DNA of 64,000 bases, from assembly GCA_013416795.1 (NCBI GenBank), contig RQSC01001202.1, positions 62,001 to 126,000 of the forward strand, read 5' to 3'. This DNA comes from Prasinococcaceae sp. CCMP 1430 (taxonomy: Eukaryota > Plantae > Prasinodermophyta). The notes below the pieces were generated by a model. The model made no database searches. It was not told where the DNA came from and was given only the letters and a program-made list of their open reading frames with translations. Below are positions 34,169-45,922 of this stretch, piece by piece (positions within the stretch are counted from its first letter, which is position 1; every line of letters begins with the position of its first letter). The translations under genes and the position numbers were made by a program.

Positions 34169-34430
34169 GCCACAGCCGCAGTGGTGGCACGCGCGCGCCG
34201 CTCGGGAACGCCAAGCGTGGGTTGGCGAGCGCGGAGGGGCGAGCGCGGGGCGGCCGCGCGCCACACGCTACGTGTGTGGCGCCCGGATGCGTGTGCGCGC
34301 CCCACTGCGCGGGGAACTTATCCACAGCTTATGTAACCACTTCACGCAGAATCGCGCAGTCGGCCGGCCACACTGCACCGCCACCGCCGCGACCGGGGCG
34401 GCGCGGCGGCAAGGCGAGCTTGCGACGGCG

Positions 34431-35617
34431 ATGGCGCTGCTGGCGCTGTTGTCGCCATCGCCGCCGCCGGTGGCGGCAGCGGCATGGCGCGCGCCTGCGC
34501 CGACGCGCGCATGCTCTGCGCGGTCCGCGCCAGCGGCGGCCGGCCGAGTGATCGCGCACGGCAAGCCACCTGTCGTTATCCTGCCCGGCTTCCTCAAGGG
34601 CGACGAGCTCTACAGCGAGATGGCGGACACGCTCCGCGCACGAGGCCACCCGGCGGTCGTCGTTGCACGCGTCAGCCAGTGGCAGTGGTACCCCACGCTC
34701 GCTGGCGCCGACTTCGGCTGGTATCTCGATGCCGTCGACGCAGCCGTGGCAGACGCAGAAAGCAAGGCACCGGGCTGTGGAGGCGTGGCGCTGGTTGGCC
34801 ACTCCGCCGGGGGCTGGCTCGCGCGCGCCTACCTGTGCCGCGAGCGGTATTGCGGCGTGTCGTATGGCGAGCGAGCCGCTGGCCGGGTGGCTTGCGTTCT
34901 CACTCTGGGTTCTCCGCACACAAACCTCGAGGCCTATCCGCTCGGTCGCGCCACCGAGAGGCGGCGAGGCGAGCGCGCGGACATGCCCGAGGCCGCGGCA
35001 GGCTCGAGCCTCGCGTGGACAAACACGTACGCCGCGAGCACGCGCATCCCCAGCGAATCACTTGTGCAGCGCCTGTACGTTTGCGAACGGCGGCAGCCTC
35101 CGCACGGACACCGGCTGTGAAGGCCGCTCGCCTCTGCTGCTTGCGCACCCTCCGTTTGCCCGGGCCTCTGACACTCACCACCGCGCCCGCTCGGACCAAA
35201 CTGCGACTGAAGGTACGCGCCAGGCTGCGCACTGGCGTCGGAGGGTGTGAAATACTACACCGTGGTTGGGACGGGCGTCGTTGGCGCCGCCTCGCCGCTG
35301 GAGCGCGGCGCGGACGCATTTGCGGCGTTCTCGTACGAGGCGACGTGTGGCCGGTCGAAAGGGATCGACGGCGACGGTGCGTGTCTCTCTCTCTCTCGCG
35401 CGCGCTGCACGTGCCGCGACAGTGTGAGCGCCGAGTGCTGACCCAGATGCGTCCCTCAGGCGTAACTCCCGTCGAGTCTGCCGGGCTGGAGGGCGCGCCG
35501 ATGCTGCTGCTGCCGGGCGTGCGGCACCTGCCCGCTAAGGGGGTGGAGTGGTATGGCAGCGAAGGTGGGGTGTCGCAGTGGGCGCACCTGCTCGACGGCG
35601 GAGATGCGTGCAGCTAG
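34431..35617 (+). CDS. Alpha/beta hydrolase (PGAP1-like/esterase-lipase), multi-exon
   Basis: VVILPGF, VGHSAGGW (nucleophile Ser), LTLGSPH, GDG|VTPVESA (Asp) and GVRH (His). Donor GTGCGT at about 35378, acceptor at about 35459. Confidence 0.82.
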
Positions 35618-35657
35618 GGACACTATGTATTAAATGTATTAGCTCTGTCTGGAGCCG

Positions 35658-37114
35658 TCACGCGCCGTGCGAGAATAGCAGCGCGCCGAGCACGAGCGCT
35701 GTCAGCGGCACGGTGACGTTGTCGTCGAGCACCGGCAGCGCGGCCACATCCTCGCTCACAGGTAGCGCCTCCACCGCCGCGCACGCCAGCGCGATGAGCG
35801 GCACCACTGCCCAATCAGACTCAGTCATGACAAATGAGGGCGAGGCGGACGACAGCACCAGGATCTGCGAGGTGCGACGCGCGAGGCGACCGAGCATGCG
35901 TCAGCCACGGGCAAGGGGCGAAAGCGCACGCGAGGAGGTGGAGCGAAAGGCACTGCACGCGCGCGTCTGCTTGCGCAAGAGTGCGCGCGCACTCGCGCAC
36001 TCACGATGAGCGCCGACATTCCCCATCCTCCGACAAACATCGCCACGCTGCCTGCCGCGCTCTTCTGTGGGTTGAAGGGTAGCGCGTTGCCCTTTCCCAG
36101 GCGACGCCCGACGATGTCTGCGAGGCCGTCACCGCCGCACATGGTGCCCAGGGCGACCGCCCCGACAGGGCTGTCGCGCCAGCACGCGAGCGTCGCGAGC
36201 AGCAGCACGAGCACGTAGTAGAGCGGACCGCGCAGGACCTCGTCCCGCCGACCCGAGCGCGAGACCGCCTTGGCAGCATCCTCATCGCCCAGCGCGCCCG
36301 TGCCGATAGCGACCAGGCGCAGCGCATTGAGCGCAGGCACGGCGGCGGCCGCGACGCGTGCGTGCGGGCTGGCGGTGAAGAGCGGCCACGTAAGCGCGAA
36401 GAGAGGGCCCGAGCCGATGTGCACCAGCTTGCGGCTCAGCTTCTGGTCGAGCTTTTCGGTGGTCGTTAGCCAGTCGAACAGCCGAACCCATAGCAGCGCG
36501 CCCGTCCCCCCACCGATTGCGGCGAGCGTGTCCTCTGCGGCGCCTGGTGGTCCGTCAGGAGCACCGCCTGTGGTGAGGCGGAGCGCGAGGGCGCCACCCA
36601 GAAGCACTGCCGTGGCGACGGCGAGGGCGCCAAGCGTGCCGGTGCCCCCATCGCCGCTGGGGCCGGCCGCATCCGGCGCGGGCCCGCTGGCAGGTGCGTC
36701 GCCGTTCGCGCCCTCGCGCTCGTCCTCGCCCCTCCCTCCTTCCGACTTGAGCGGCCCCGATGGCTGATCGCTCGCATTCGCAGCGGACGTGCACGCCTCG
36801 GAGGTGCTCGTCTCGGCGCGCGCGATGAGGTGGGTGCCACGGGCCTGCGACGCTGGCCACAACACGCCAAACGAGCGCGACCTGCGCATTGGTTGCACAG
36901 CGATCTCTCCCGCTCGCGCCCCCAAGCCGCCGGTGGCTGCGGCCGGCGGCAGCGGGGCGCCCCGTGCGCTCGCGCTCGCCGCTCCCGTGGTCGCTGCCAT
37001 CGCCGCTTGCGCGAGCGATTGCGCGTGCATGGCCCCCGTCGACGCGCACCGGCGGTGCCCCGCCGCACTGTTTCGCACGGCGGCTGCCGCGCGCGCCGTC
37101 GTCCTCACCGCCAT
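35658..37114 (-). CDS. VTE5: Phytol kinase (VTE5/FOLK family); one or more introns near the 3' end
   Basis: SRKLVHIGSG, LRGPLYY, GDGLADIVGRRLG, KSAAGS and DDNVTVP motifs, plus a transit peptide. Confidence 0.9.
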
Positions 37115-37720
37115 CGCCCCGCACCTCACACACTCCCCCGCCCTTCACCCTCGCGGCCTCGCGGGCGCGGGCGCTCGCGCTCCCACGCGCTTGCCACGCG
37201 ACCACCCCTCTCGCCTCCGCCACGCCACCCTTCCCCGTCCGAGTCCCCGCCGCCCGCTCTCCCACCCAGGCTCGCGCCGAGGCCCGCTCCGGCGTGGCCC
37301 GCGCGGCGCGGCGGCGTACCCCTGCACCGGTGTGCCGCGCGCGCGCACCCCCTGCGCGCGCGCGCCGGCTGCGGTCGGCCGGCGGATCGCGACGAGATCA
37401 TCATTCCCGGAATCCGATCCGATCCGCTTTTTTCCGATGGCGGATTTTTGTCGCATTTGGCGGAGGAAAAAGGAGGGCGAGGAAAAAGAAAAAGGCCGTG
37501 GGGAAATTAATGGCCCCTGGGCGGATGGCCTCGGCCGGAGCGGGCGCCTCCGCACACACACAGAAACACACACACACACTCGCCCACCCACACACCCTGG
37601 GAGTGAACCATCCGGATGGTGCGCGCCGCGTACGCGCGGCTGCGGTGACAACAGTGCACATTTGACACGCCGCCCGCGCACGCCTGGGTGCGGCCGCGTC
37701 ACTACTGGCGAGAGCCTCGG

Positions 37721-39226
37721 TCAGAGCGCGTACGACAGGTAGCGCTCCGCCAATTCCTGCCTGGAGCTTTGCGCCTCGATGCCGTCCGCGCCTCCCGCGA
37801 GCGCCATCTCAGCGAGGCTCTCCAGCGACTCCTCACCGCGGCGGATACGCGCGCCCAGGGAGCCCCCGTCGGCATTCCAGCCGGCGTATCGCTCGCGCAC
37901 GAGCGAATCGAGGTGGCCCTCCTCAAGCAGCGCGTCGGCGGCGAGTAGGCCGCGAGCGAGCGCGTCGAGGCCAGAAACGTGCGCGATGACGAGGTCCAGT
38001 GGCGTGGTGCTCTCGCGGCGGAGCTTGGCGTCGAAGTTGATGCCACCCGGATACAGGCCATCATTGCGCAGAATCGATAGCCCCAGCAGCGTCGCGGTGG
38101 TGACATCAGTGAGGAACTCGTCCGTGTCCCAGCCCACCTGCGGGTCCCCTTGATTCGCGTCCACGTTTCCGAGCATCCCTTCGAGGCGAGCGAGCTCGGT
38201 CTCGTGGAAGCAAGAGTGCCCGCTGAGCGTGGCGTGGTTGCACTCGACGTTGATCTTGTAGCTGCCCTCGAGCCCGTGCTTGCGCAGGAAGCCGACCGTG
38301 GTGGCTGTGTCCCAGTCGTACTGATGCTTCGTGGGCTCCTGCGGCTTGGGCTCGATCAAGAGCTGGGCGTCTCTGAAGCGCTCCGACGCGTGCCCGTCCT
38401 TGTACGCGGCGGCCATTCGCAGCAGGGCCGCTTGGTTGTCGAGCTCGAGCGCAACGTCCGTGTTGAGCAACGTCTGATATCCCTCTCGCCCACCCCAGAA
38501 CACGTAGGCGGTCCCATTGAGGGCGGCGGTCGCGTCCATTGCCTCCTTGACCTGGGCCGCCGCGCGCGCGAAAACCTCAGGCTGAGGGCTCGTGGCCGCG
38601 CCATTCATGTAGTGCGGTTCCGCGAAGAGCTGCGCCGTACCCCACAGCACGCGCACGTGATTGAAGCGCTCGCTTCGCTGCAGGGACGCGGCGTAATCGA
38701 CGACCTCGCGGAGATTGTCCACCGTCTCGGCAAAGGTGGCGCCGACGGGGGCGATGTCGCGGTCGTGGAAGCACCACAAGTCCAAGCCGAGGAGCTCCAT
38801 GAGCTCGAAGTGTGCCAGAACGCGCCGCTTGGCCGCATCCACGCCGCGCTGGTCGTCGCCCTCCCGTGGCGCGCCCCACTCCCACGAGCGGGTGTCCTGG
38901 CCAAAGGGGTCCGCGCCGGTCCCGCGCTGCGTGTGCCAGAATGCGAGCGCGGGCCTGAGCCAGTCTCGCATTCGACGTCCGCGGACAACCCTGTCCGCGT
39001 CGTAGAAGCGATAGGCGAGCGCCGAGCGCGAGGAGGGGCCCTCGAAGCGCACCCGGTCAACACCCACGCTGGGAAAGATTTCGGCCGCGCACTCCCCGCC
39101 CGTGGCGAGCCCCGCGCCCGCGGCGCCCGCTCCGAGGGCCGGTGGCAGGGACGCGCACAGCGCAACCGCGGCGAGCGAGGAGAGCGCACTCGCGCGAGGG
39201 CGGCGCGCCCGGCGCGCCGACGCCAT
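37721..39226 (-). CDS. xylA: Xylose isomerase (family II) with an N-terminal signal peptide
   Basis: AFWHT, WCFHDRDIAP, LWGTAQLF, YVFWGGREGY, LIEPKPQEPTKHQYDWD, NVECNHATL, GWDTDEF and GGINFDAK motifs. Confidence 0.96.
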   Translation of the reverse strand: MASARRARRPRASALSSLAAVALCASLPPALGAGAAGAGLATGGECAAEIFPSVGVDRVRFEGPSSRSALAYRFYDADRVVRGRRMRDWLRPALAFWHTQRGTGADPFGQDTRSWEWGAPREGDDQRGVDAAKRRVLAHFELMELLGLDLWCFHDRDIAPVGATFAETVDNLREVVDYAASLQRSERFNHVRVLWGTAQLFAEPHYMNGAATSPQPEVFARAAAQVKEAMDATAALNGTAYVFWGGREGYQTLLNTDVALELDNQAALLRMAAAYKDGHASERFRDAQLLIEPKPQEPTKHQYDWDTATTVGFLRKHGLEGSYKINVECNHATLSGHSCFHETELARLEGMLGNVDANQGDPQVGWDTDEFLTDVTTATLLGLSILRNDGLYPGGINFDAKLRRESTTPLDLVIAHVSGLDALARGLLAADALLEEGHLDSLVRERYAGWNADGGSLGARIRRGEESLESLAEMALAGGADGIEAQSSRQELAERYLSYAL

Positions 39227-39339
39227 GCGACCCGGTCCTGGCCCGCCCATGGCAGCGGCCGGCGGCACGAGCCCCAGCACCGCGCCGCCTCAACCGCCGC
39301 TGCTGCGTCCGGAGCAGGTGTGCGAGGGCGCGCTCGCGN

Positions 39340-39689
39340 TCTTCTTCTTGTTGCCCTTCCTTTTGTGCTTCTTCATGCATTTATTCTTTGACTTGGCCTT
39401 CTTGCACAGCTTCTTGATGGCCTTTTTGGCGAGCTTCTTCTTCTTGGACTTCTTCTTCTTGCCTTTCGTTGACTTGGACGCTGTCTCTGACTTCCTCACG
39501 CCGTCTTCGTTGACCTCGAGCGCCTGCGCGCAGCATTCGTTGCGGCGTGCGCGCGCCATGATGCGTGCGCGTCAGCACAGCGCGAAGGGCTGCACGTCCG
39601 TAGGTGTGGTGGAGGTCCGAAGCGGTCGCGCTCACTTACCGTCTCGGGGCACTCGTAGTCGTCCGAGTAGCACGCAGCAATAAAGTCGC
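39340..39689 (-). CDS. Partial lysine-rich protein; exons about 39689-39640 and 39523-39340, cut by the N at 39339
   Basis: Canonical GTAAGT donor, CTGAC branch point and GCAG acceptor join DFIAACYSDDYECPET to ALEVNEDGVRKSETASKSTKGKKKKSKKKKLAKKAIKKLCKK in phase 0. Confidence 0.45.
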
Positions 39690-41351
39690 CTAACGGCCCG
39701 AAGTGGCACTCGCTCCCGCGCTCGCCCCACCGCAGCCGCAGCCGCCACCAACACGGCGGTGGGTACGGCCCCAGCGTGGCACGCGCGCTACCGCGCGGCC
39801 CCCGGCGAGGGCCAGTACGTCCTGCCCGTCTTCAGGGGCAACTACGCGCCCCAACTCAACGAGATAGACTCGCCCGGCGCGCTCGAGGTGCTCGAAGGTC
39901 AGGTGCCCGCCGACTTCCCCGCGGGCATGTACGTCCGCAACGGCCCCAACCCAGCCAAGGTGCCCGAGCCGGTGCGCGTCAACTTTGGGCCGATTAGCGT
40001 CAACTCGGCGAGCCACTGGTTCGAGGGCGACGGTATGCTGCACGGCGTCACGTTCGCGGAGGGCGACGGGGGGGGCATGGTCGCAACGTACCGCAACCGC
40101 TTCGTGCAAACGAAGGGCCTGCAGGCGGAGAAGGCGGGCGCGCCGCCGACGGCGCCGCTGATCGACGCGGACGCAGGAGGGATGCTGCTGAGCGTCGTGC
40201 GCAACACCTTCCTCGGTGGCACCGGCGAGGTGTCGAAGAACACCGCCAACACGTCGGTGGTCGCGCACGCGGGCAGGCTGCTCGCGCTCAACGAGGGCGG
40301 CCTGCCGCACGCCGTGCGCCCCGACCTGAGCACCGTAGGCGAGGACGACCTGAACGGCTCGCTCGACTTCTCCTTCACTGCTCACCCCAAGGCCGACCCG
40401 CAGACGGGGGAGCTGGTCTTCTTCGGCACCGACATCGTGGGCGGCGGCAAGCCCTACGCGCGCGTGGGCGTGATTGGCAGCGACGGCGCGCTCAAGACGC
40501 GCATGGACGTGGTGTCGGGCCTCGACCTCCCCTCTCTCATGCACGACTGCGCGGCCACGCGCTCGCACACGGTCCTGATCGACGTGCCCATCAACTCGCG
40601 GCCCGAGCGCATGGCCAACGGCGAGAGCCCAATACAATTCGAGAAGGGCCGTGCGCTGCGCTTCGGCGTCGTGCCCAGGCATGGGCCCGCCACTGACATC
40701 AGGTGGTTCGAGGATCGCCCGGGCATGATCTTTCACGTGGCGAACGCCTGGGAAGAGGACGACGGCCAGACGGTGATGATCCGGGCGATGCGCGCCGATG
40801 AAGCGACCATCACGCCGCCGTCGGACTCCGAGGAGAACTACCTCGCGTGGGTGCGCGAGCGCTTCGCGACCGGCATCTCCAATGTGTGCAAGCTCTTCGA
40901 GTACAAAATTGACCTCGCGCGCGGCACGCTGGAGTCGCGCGAGCTGCCGAGCCCCGAGGGCGTGCTGATGGAGTTTCCCACGATCAACCCACAGGCCGCC
41001 ATGTCGGACAATGGCTTCACGTACGCCGCAGTGCTCGATGCGGACACCTCTGCGACGACGGGCGCGCCCGTGTATGGTGGCTTGGCGAAGTTCGACCACC
41101 GCGCGGGCGGATTCGCAACGCACAGGCACGGGGAAGGCCGCTTCGGCGGCGAGCCGCAGTTCGTCGCACGAGAGGGCGCCACCACCGAGGACGACGGTTT
41201 CGTGGTGACCTTCGTCCACGACGAGGCCCAGGAGCGCTCTGAAGTCGTCATCATCGACGCCCAGAGGTTCGACGAGGGGCCCGTGTGCAGACTTGCCGTC
41301 CCTCAGAGAGTACCCTACGGCTTGCACGGCCAGTTCGTGCCGGCGGGGTAG
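39558..41351 (+). CDS. CCD: Carotenoid cleavage dioxygenase (CCD1/CCD4-like); probable first exon 39558-39604 and intron to 39735
   Basis: GNYAP, GMYVRNGPNP, HWFEGDGMLHG, the four Fe-ligand His residues (TAHPK, LMHDC, IFHVAN, GLHG), EFPTIN and EDDG. Confidence 0.93.
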
Positions 41352-41689
41352 CTGCGGCGCGCAAGCACCGTCGAGCGCGCCCGGCGCCGTCGCACGCATT
41401 CGAGCGCGGATTCCGCTGTGTTATTCATTTTTGATTGGAACGCCCCTGCCCACCCAACGCCATGCGCCCCCGCCCCCCGCCCTGTTTGTAGTTCGAACTG
41501 GGCTGTTGGCCGAAGAGCGTCGAGAGTCGGGCAAGCGGCCGACGCGACAGCTGCAGCTCCGCGGGGGCGCGGCAACGCAGCGCGCCACATTGGTGCCCGC
41601 GGACAGGAGGGGGGGGGGGGCGCAGGGGTCCCTGCTGTATTCGCGGTGGAGCCTTCGCAGGCGATCGCGGCGCAGGCGGGCGGGGTGAC

Positions 41690-44266
41690 ATGGCGGTCGC
41701 GGATGGCGCGCCGGGGGGAGCGGCGGGCGAGGCGAAGCGCGGGCCAAAGCGCCCGCAGAGCGGAGCCGCGCGAGCGCAGCAGGCGGGCGTGGGAAAGCAC
41801 AAGCACAAGCACAAGCACAAGCACAAGCACAAGCACACGGTGAGGGCGCGCCCGGAGCAGTCGGCGGAAGGGGCGCGCACGCAAACCAAGGGCAAGGAGA
41901 AGGCGCCGCCGCAGGGCGAGGCCGCCTCGAAGCCGCGCAGGCGGGCCCGCAGGGCGCCCCCAGTACCTGCTGGCCAGGAGGAGCTGCGTGACGCCATCCT
42001 GGCGGCGGCGCGCGCGCCTCCACCCCTGCGGCTGCGCTGCGGCTTGCCCGTCGGACCGAGCGTGCGCTCGCAGCTGGGCTTCATAGGCGTGTACTTCGAC
42101 CCGCGCTTGCGCGCCTCAGAGCACCCATACGAAGCGTGTCTGGTGTTCGACCGTGTCGACGCGCAAGGCCAAGCCATCGGAGGCTTTTCTCGATGGGGGA
42201 ATCACGCGTCCGAGTACCGAGCAGCCCTCGCAGTCGACCTCGGCTTGCTTTGCGAAGGTTACAGGACGGTGAACTTCCGGCTCAAGGGTGCGCCCCCGCG
42301 CATGCCGTTGTTGAGCGCGCTCTCGCGCGCCACTGACAACCCTTTGAGGCTGTGCGTGCCCGTGCGTGGCGGCCCGCTGACGAACGCGCCTTCCGTATCG
42401 CTGCCCGAACGTCTACCGTCCGCAGCCGGGCGGCTCGAGCTGAACACAGAGCGAGCGAGCACTCCAATCGTCCCGCTGTCTCTCCGCTGTGTTCCTGCCG
42501 AGCAGACGGCGCCGGCCGACCCACAGTACAGCGGGGCCGCACGCGCGGCGAAGGCGGCGGTTGCAACGCCTAGCGAGAGCGACGACGTCGACTCTAGCAC
42601 TCAGGGTGACTACGACGACCCTGCCGACGAAGACTACGACACAGGCGAGCAGCGCACCAGGCACGTCGCCCCTCCTGGCGACGCGAGGCTTCCCCACAAG
42701 GCCGCCGCCTGCGGCCCAACGCTGTCCGACTATCAGGCGGCCTCTGAGGGGCTGCGGTCAGAGAAAGATGGTTACAGCGTTGAAGGTGCACGCGCGCGCG
42801 CGCGCCGTCTCATCGAGCAAGGCCAAGGCAAGGTGCGGAGACGACCTCGGCAAACAGGACCCGACAAGTGGGGAGCCTACGTCGAACAGAATGGGAGGCC
42901 CATGTATCTCGGGTTGTTCGATCGCGAAGAGGACGCAGTGGTGGCACGTCTGCTCGCGGAGGATCGCTCGGCCTCGCAAGGCCAGGGGAAGGAGCAGCGG
43001 TGGCAGCAACTCGAGGACACGAGAAACTGGAAACAGTTGGACAGATTCGAATCGTTGCCGCCGCCAAAGCAGCCAAGCGGGGTGCATGCTCAAGAGCTGG
43101 AGACGCTGACGGTGGCGCAGGTGGCTACCCTCCTGTCGCGGCCGTCGACACTGGCGTTGCTCATGGGCAAGCACGTGACACAGCGCTCCGCCGCACTCTG
43201 CGCTTGGTTTTCGCTAGCCGAGCGCGTACTGCTGTGGGCACTCATCCCGCCGCACAAGCCCAAGTCTGGCGCAGATGAGAAGGAAGGCCCGGGCGACACC
43301 ACCCCAGCCGCGGCCACCGGCAGCGACCGCGGTGAGCACCACGGCATCTTTAGCGTCAACGAAATAGCAGCTCGTCTGTCGACCACGACGTCAGGCGGCT
43401 CCGCAGTCACGCGTGCGCTTGGGCAGAACGGCGGCATCGACCCGAAGTTGGCGTCCCTGAGCGCATCGGAGGTGCAGAAGGCGCATGCATCGCTCAAGGG
43501 GAGAGGGTACACCGTCGGCTCCGTGGAACAGGGCAACTTGGATGTCCCGTGCATCAGCCTGACCATGGAAGGGAGGAGGGTGACTCGCTGGTGCAGTCGT
43601 GGCGAAAACGCTGCGAGGGAGGAGCTCCTGCGACAGGAAGTTTCTAATCCGATTGGAGCCGCAGCGGTCAAGCTCGCCTCGGCCAGGGCACTCCTCGCCG
43701 CCAGCAGCTTTGGAGGCGAGAAGAATCGGAAACGGACACGTCAAGCGAATATGCCCGACGGTCGCGGCACCGAGGATCCAGATGATGACGCGGACATTGA
43801 CATCGCCTCGGCCAGGGCACTCCTCGCCGCCAGCAGCTTTGGAGGTGGAAAGAATCGGAAACGGACACGTCAAGCGAATGTGCCCGACGGTCGCGGCCCC
43901 AAGGATCCAGATGATGACGTGGACATTGACATCGGCACGTGCGCCGCTTTGCAATCTCCCGCCGCGAGGCCTGAGGAGGCAGGGGCGGAAGACAAGAGCA
44001 GCGGTGCTGCCGTCAGTGGCGGCGGCGGCGACGGTGACGGTAGTGGCGCTCCCACCACCGCCGCCGCTGCCCCTGATGTCGAGGCCGCTGCTGCTGTGTG
44101 CACCTCACACACTGACAGCGACATCAGCACGGGCGGCGCGCCGTCACCCGGCCCGAACACCGGCGTCGGGGACCACCACCACCACCAGAGCGGCGGCAGC
44201 CCAGGCGCGGACACAGCATCGCTCGCCGAAGAGGCCCTGGATAGCGGCGCGGACCTGTCCATCTAG
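41690..44266 (+). CDS. Putative transcription factor with two AP2-like domains and a possible winged helix
   Basis: AP2-like 1: FIGVYFD...YEACL...GNHASEYRAALAVD...TVNF. AP2-like 2: DKWGAYVEQNGRPMYLGLFDREEDAVVAR. Possible wHTH: SLKGRGY...ISLTMEGRR. Also a (KH)n tract. Confidence 0.65.
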   Translation: MAVADGAPGGAAGEAKRGPKRPQSGAARAQQAGVGKHKHKHKHKHKHKHTVRARPEQSAEGARTQTKGKEKAPPQGEAASKPRRRARRAPPVPAGQEELRDAILAAARAPPPLRLRCGLPVGPSVRSQLGFIGVYFDPRLRASEHPYEACLVFDRVDAQGQAIGGFSRWGNHASEYRAALAVDLGLLCEGYRTVNFRLKGAPPRMPLLSALSRATDNPLRLCVPVRGGPLTNAPSVSLPERLPSAAGRLELNTERASTPIVPLSLRCVPAEQTAPADPQYSGAARAAKAAVATPSESDDVDSSTQGDYDDPADEDYDTGEQRTRHVAPPGDARLPHKAAACGPTLSDYQAASEGLRSEKDGYSVEGARARARRLIEQGQGKVRRRPRQTGPDKWGAYVEQNGRPMYLGLFDREEDAVVARLLAEDRSASQGQGKEQRWQQLEDTRNWKQLDRFESLPPPKQPSGVHAQELETLTVAQVATLLSRPSTLALLMGKHVTQRSAALCAWFSLAERVLLWALIPPHKPKSGADEKEGPGDTTPAAATGSDRGEHHGIFSVNEIAARLSTTTSGGSAVTRALGQNGGIDPKLASLSASEVQKAHASLKGRGYTVGSVEQGNLDVPCISLTMEGRRVTRWCSRGENAAREELLRQEVSNPIGAAAVKLASARALLAASSFGGEKNRKRTRQANMPDGRGTEDPDDDADIDIASARALLAASSFGGGKNRKRTRQANVPDGRGPKDPDDDVDIDIGTCAALQSPAARPEEAGAEDKSSGAAVSGGGGDGDGSGAPTTAAAAPDVEAAAAVCTSHTDSDISTGGAPSPGPNTGVGDHHHHQSGGSPGADTASLAEEALDSGADLSI
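43674..43933 (+). repeat. 129-bp (43-codon) in-frame tandem duplication
   Basis: ASARALLAASSFGGxKNRKRTRQANxPDGRGxxDPDDDxDIDI occurs twice, with copies starting at 43674 and 43803. Confidence 0.92.
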
Positions 44267-45922
44267 AGTGTCAGTTGGCGGGGGCGGGGGGGGGGGGAGG
44301 CACGCAGAGGCACGCCGCACGCTGCAGCACCCCGAGGCGGGCGCCGTGCCCTCCCACGCGCGCGGCCACCTGCCGATACATCGGTGGCGCCGCCTTGTAA
44401 AACGGACGGGCGCTCCCGAGCGCCCCTGCTCGCCTCGCCTCGCCTCCTCTCTCTGGCCAGCTGGCGGTGCCGCGACACTCCGGCCGGCGGCGGCGGCGTT
44501 TCGCACATTGAGATTTGAATCGCAGTTTCGAGGCGGCACCCCGCCAGCGAGTTGGCAGCGCCGCGCCGGAAGCCCTGCGCCGGAGTGCGCAGCGGCGCCA
44601 CAGCGCGCGGGACGCGCGTGGGGCGGCAAGGGGGCGCGCGCTTAGTCCTCGGGGCGCAACGTGAAGCCGTCCGCCGTCCGCCGCTGCCGCGCCGCGCCGC
44701 TCGAGGACCGCCGCGCGCGCCCGCGCGGGCGCGGCCCGCCTCGCTCGCCTTCTCCTCTTCCGCCCGCTTCGAGTCACCTGTCTGTGAGCGGGACCTCCCT
44801 GCGTGGCCTTTGATGGGTGCCGGCCGGCGCTGTTGTTGGTTCGTTGTTGGTGTTGGTGTGTGTGTTGTTGGTTGGTTCCCTCGCAGCATGCAAATGGGGC
44901 GGGAGCGGCGGCGGCGCGGGCGGCGAGCCAGCGGGCGCCGCGGGCGCATCATGACAGGCACGGACGGAGAGAGGTGCTTGCGACTCGGCATGCCTTCCGA
45001 CCTTCCATCACATCGCAGGCGCGCGAGCTCGAGCCGCGAGAGGCTCGAGCGGCTCCTTGCAGCTCGCGCTCGCGGTGCTCGCGGTGCTCGCGGCCTCGTA
45101 CCGCTCGCGCGAGCGAGCCACATTACTTTCCCGTTTGTTATGATACCTATGATCTGAGTGTACTATCCTCACGAGCCGTGGCGCACGGTCGGGGCGCATC
45201 GAGTTCGGCCTTGGCGGCGGCGGCAAGCATGCGGCGGCTGATGTGCAGGTCAAATCGCATGCGGGGGAACGCGGGGGCGTTTTCGCACGTCAAATCGCAT
45301 GGGCGGCCCTCGCGGCAACGGATTTTGACGTACGGGGGGGCGAAGCCGGCGGCCGCGCGGCGCCGCGGCGCGGCTGCGGCACGGGGCNNNNNNNNNNNNN
45401 NNNNNNNNNNNNNNNNNNNNNNNNNNNNNNNNNNNNNNNNNNNNNNNNNNNNNNNNNNNNNNNNNNNNNNNNNNNNNNNNNNNNNNNNNNNNNNNNNNNN
45501 NNNNNNNNNNNNNNNNNNNNNNNNNNNNNNNNNNNNNNNNNNNNNNNNNNNNNNNNNNNNNNNNNNNNNNNNNNNNNNNNNNNNNNNNNNNNNNNNNNNN
45601 NNNNNNNNNNNNNNNNNNNNNNNNNNNNNNNNNNNNNNNNNNNNNNNNNNNNNNNNNNNNNNNGATGCCCCCGCTATCTTCCGGCGCGGGGGGCGCGGGG
45701 ACCGCGCGCGCCCCGCGCAGCGCGCCCTCCGCGCAGTGCACTCCGCGCAGGGGGCGCGGCCGCCGCCGCGCTATTTTTTTTGTTCGAAGGTCATTTTGCA
45801 TTGCGCATGCAAAGTGCAGCGAAGGCAAAAAAAAAAAAAAGTCGCCCGCGCCACGACGCCGACAGCGCCGAGCGAGTTCGCGTGCTGACGCCGCCCCTCG
45901 CTGCGCACTTGCGACCCAACAG

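Noticed and set aside
24405-35617. Horizontally acquired island, suggested by more A/T-ending codons than in 1-23 kb
   Set aside because: These genes keep host-type introns and TGTAA signals, there are no boundary repeats or integrase, and codon bias varies gene by gene.
44640-45130. Minus-strand spliced gene with a CA-rich intron at about 44810-44880
   Set aside because: An acceptor-like signal is present, but I could not assemble a convincing reading frame or domain.
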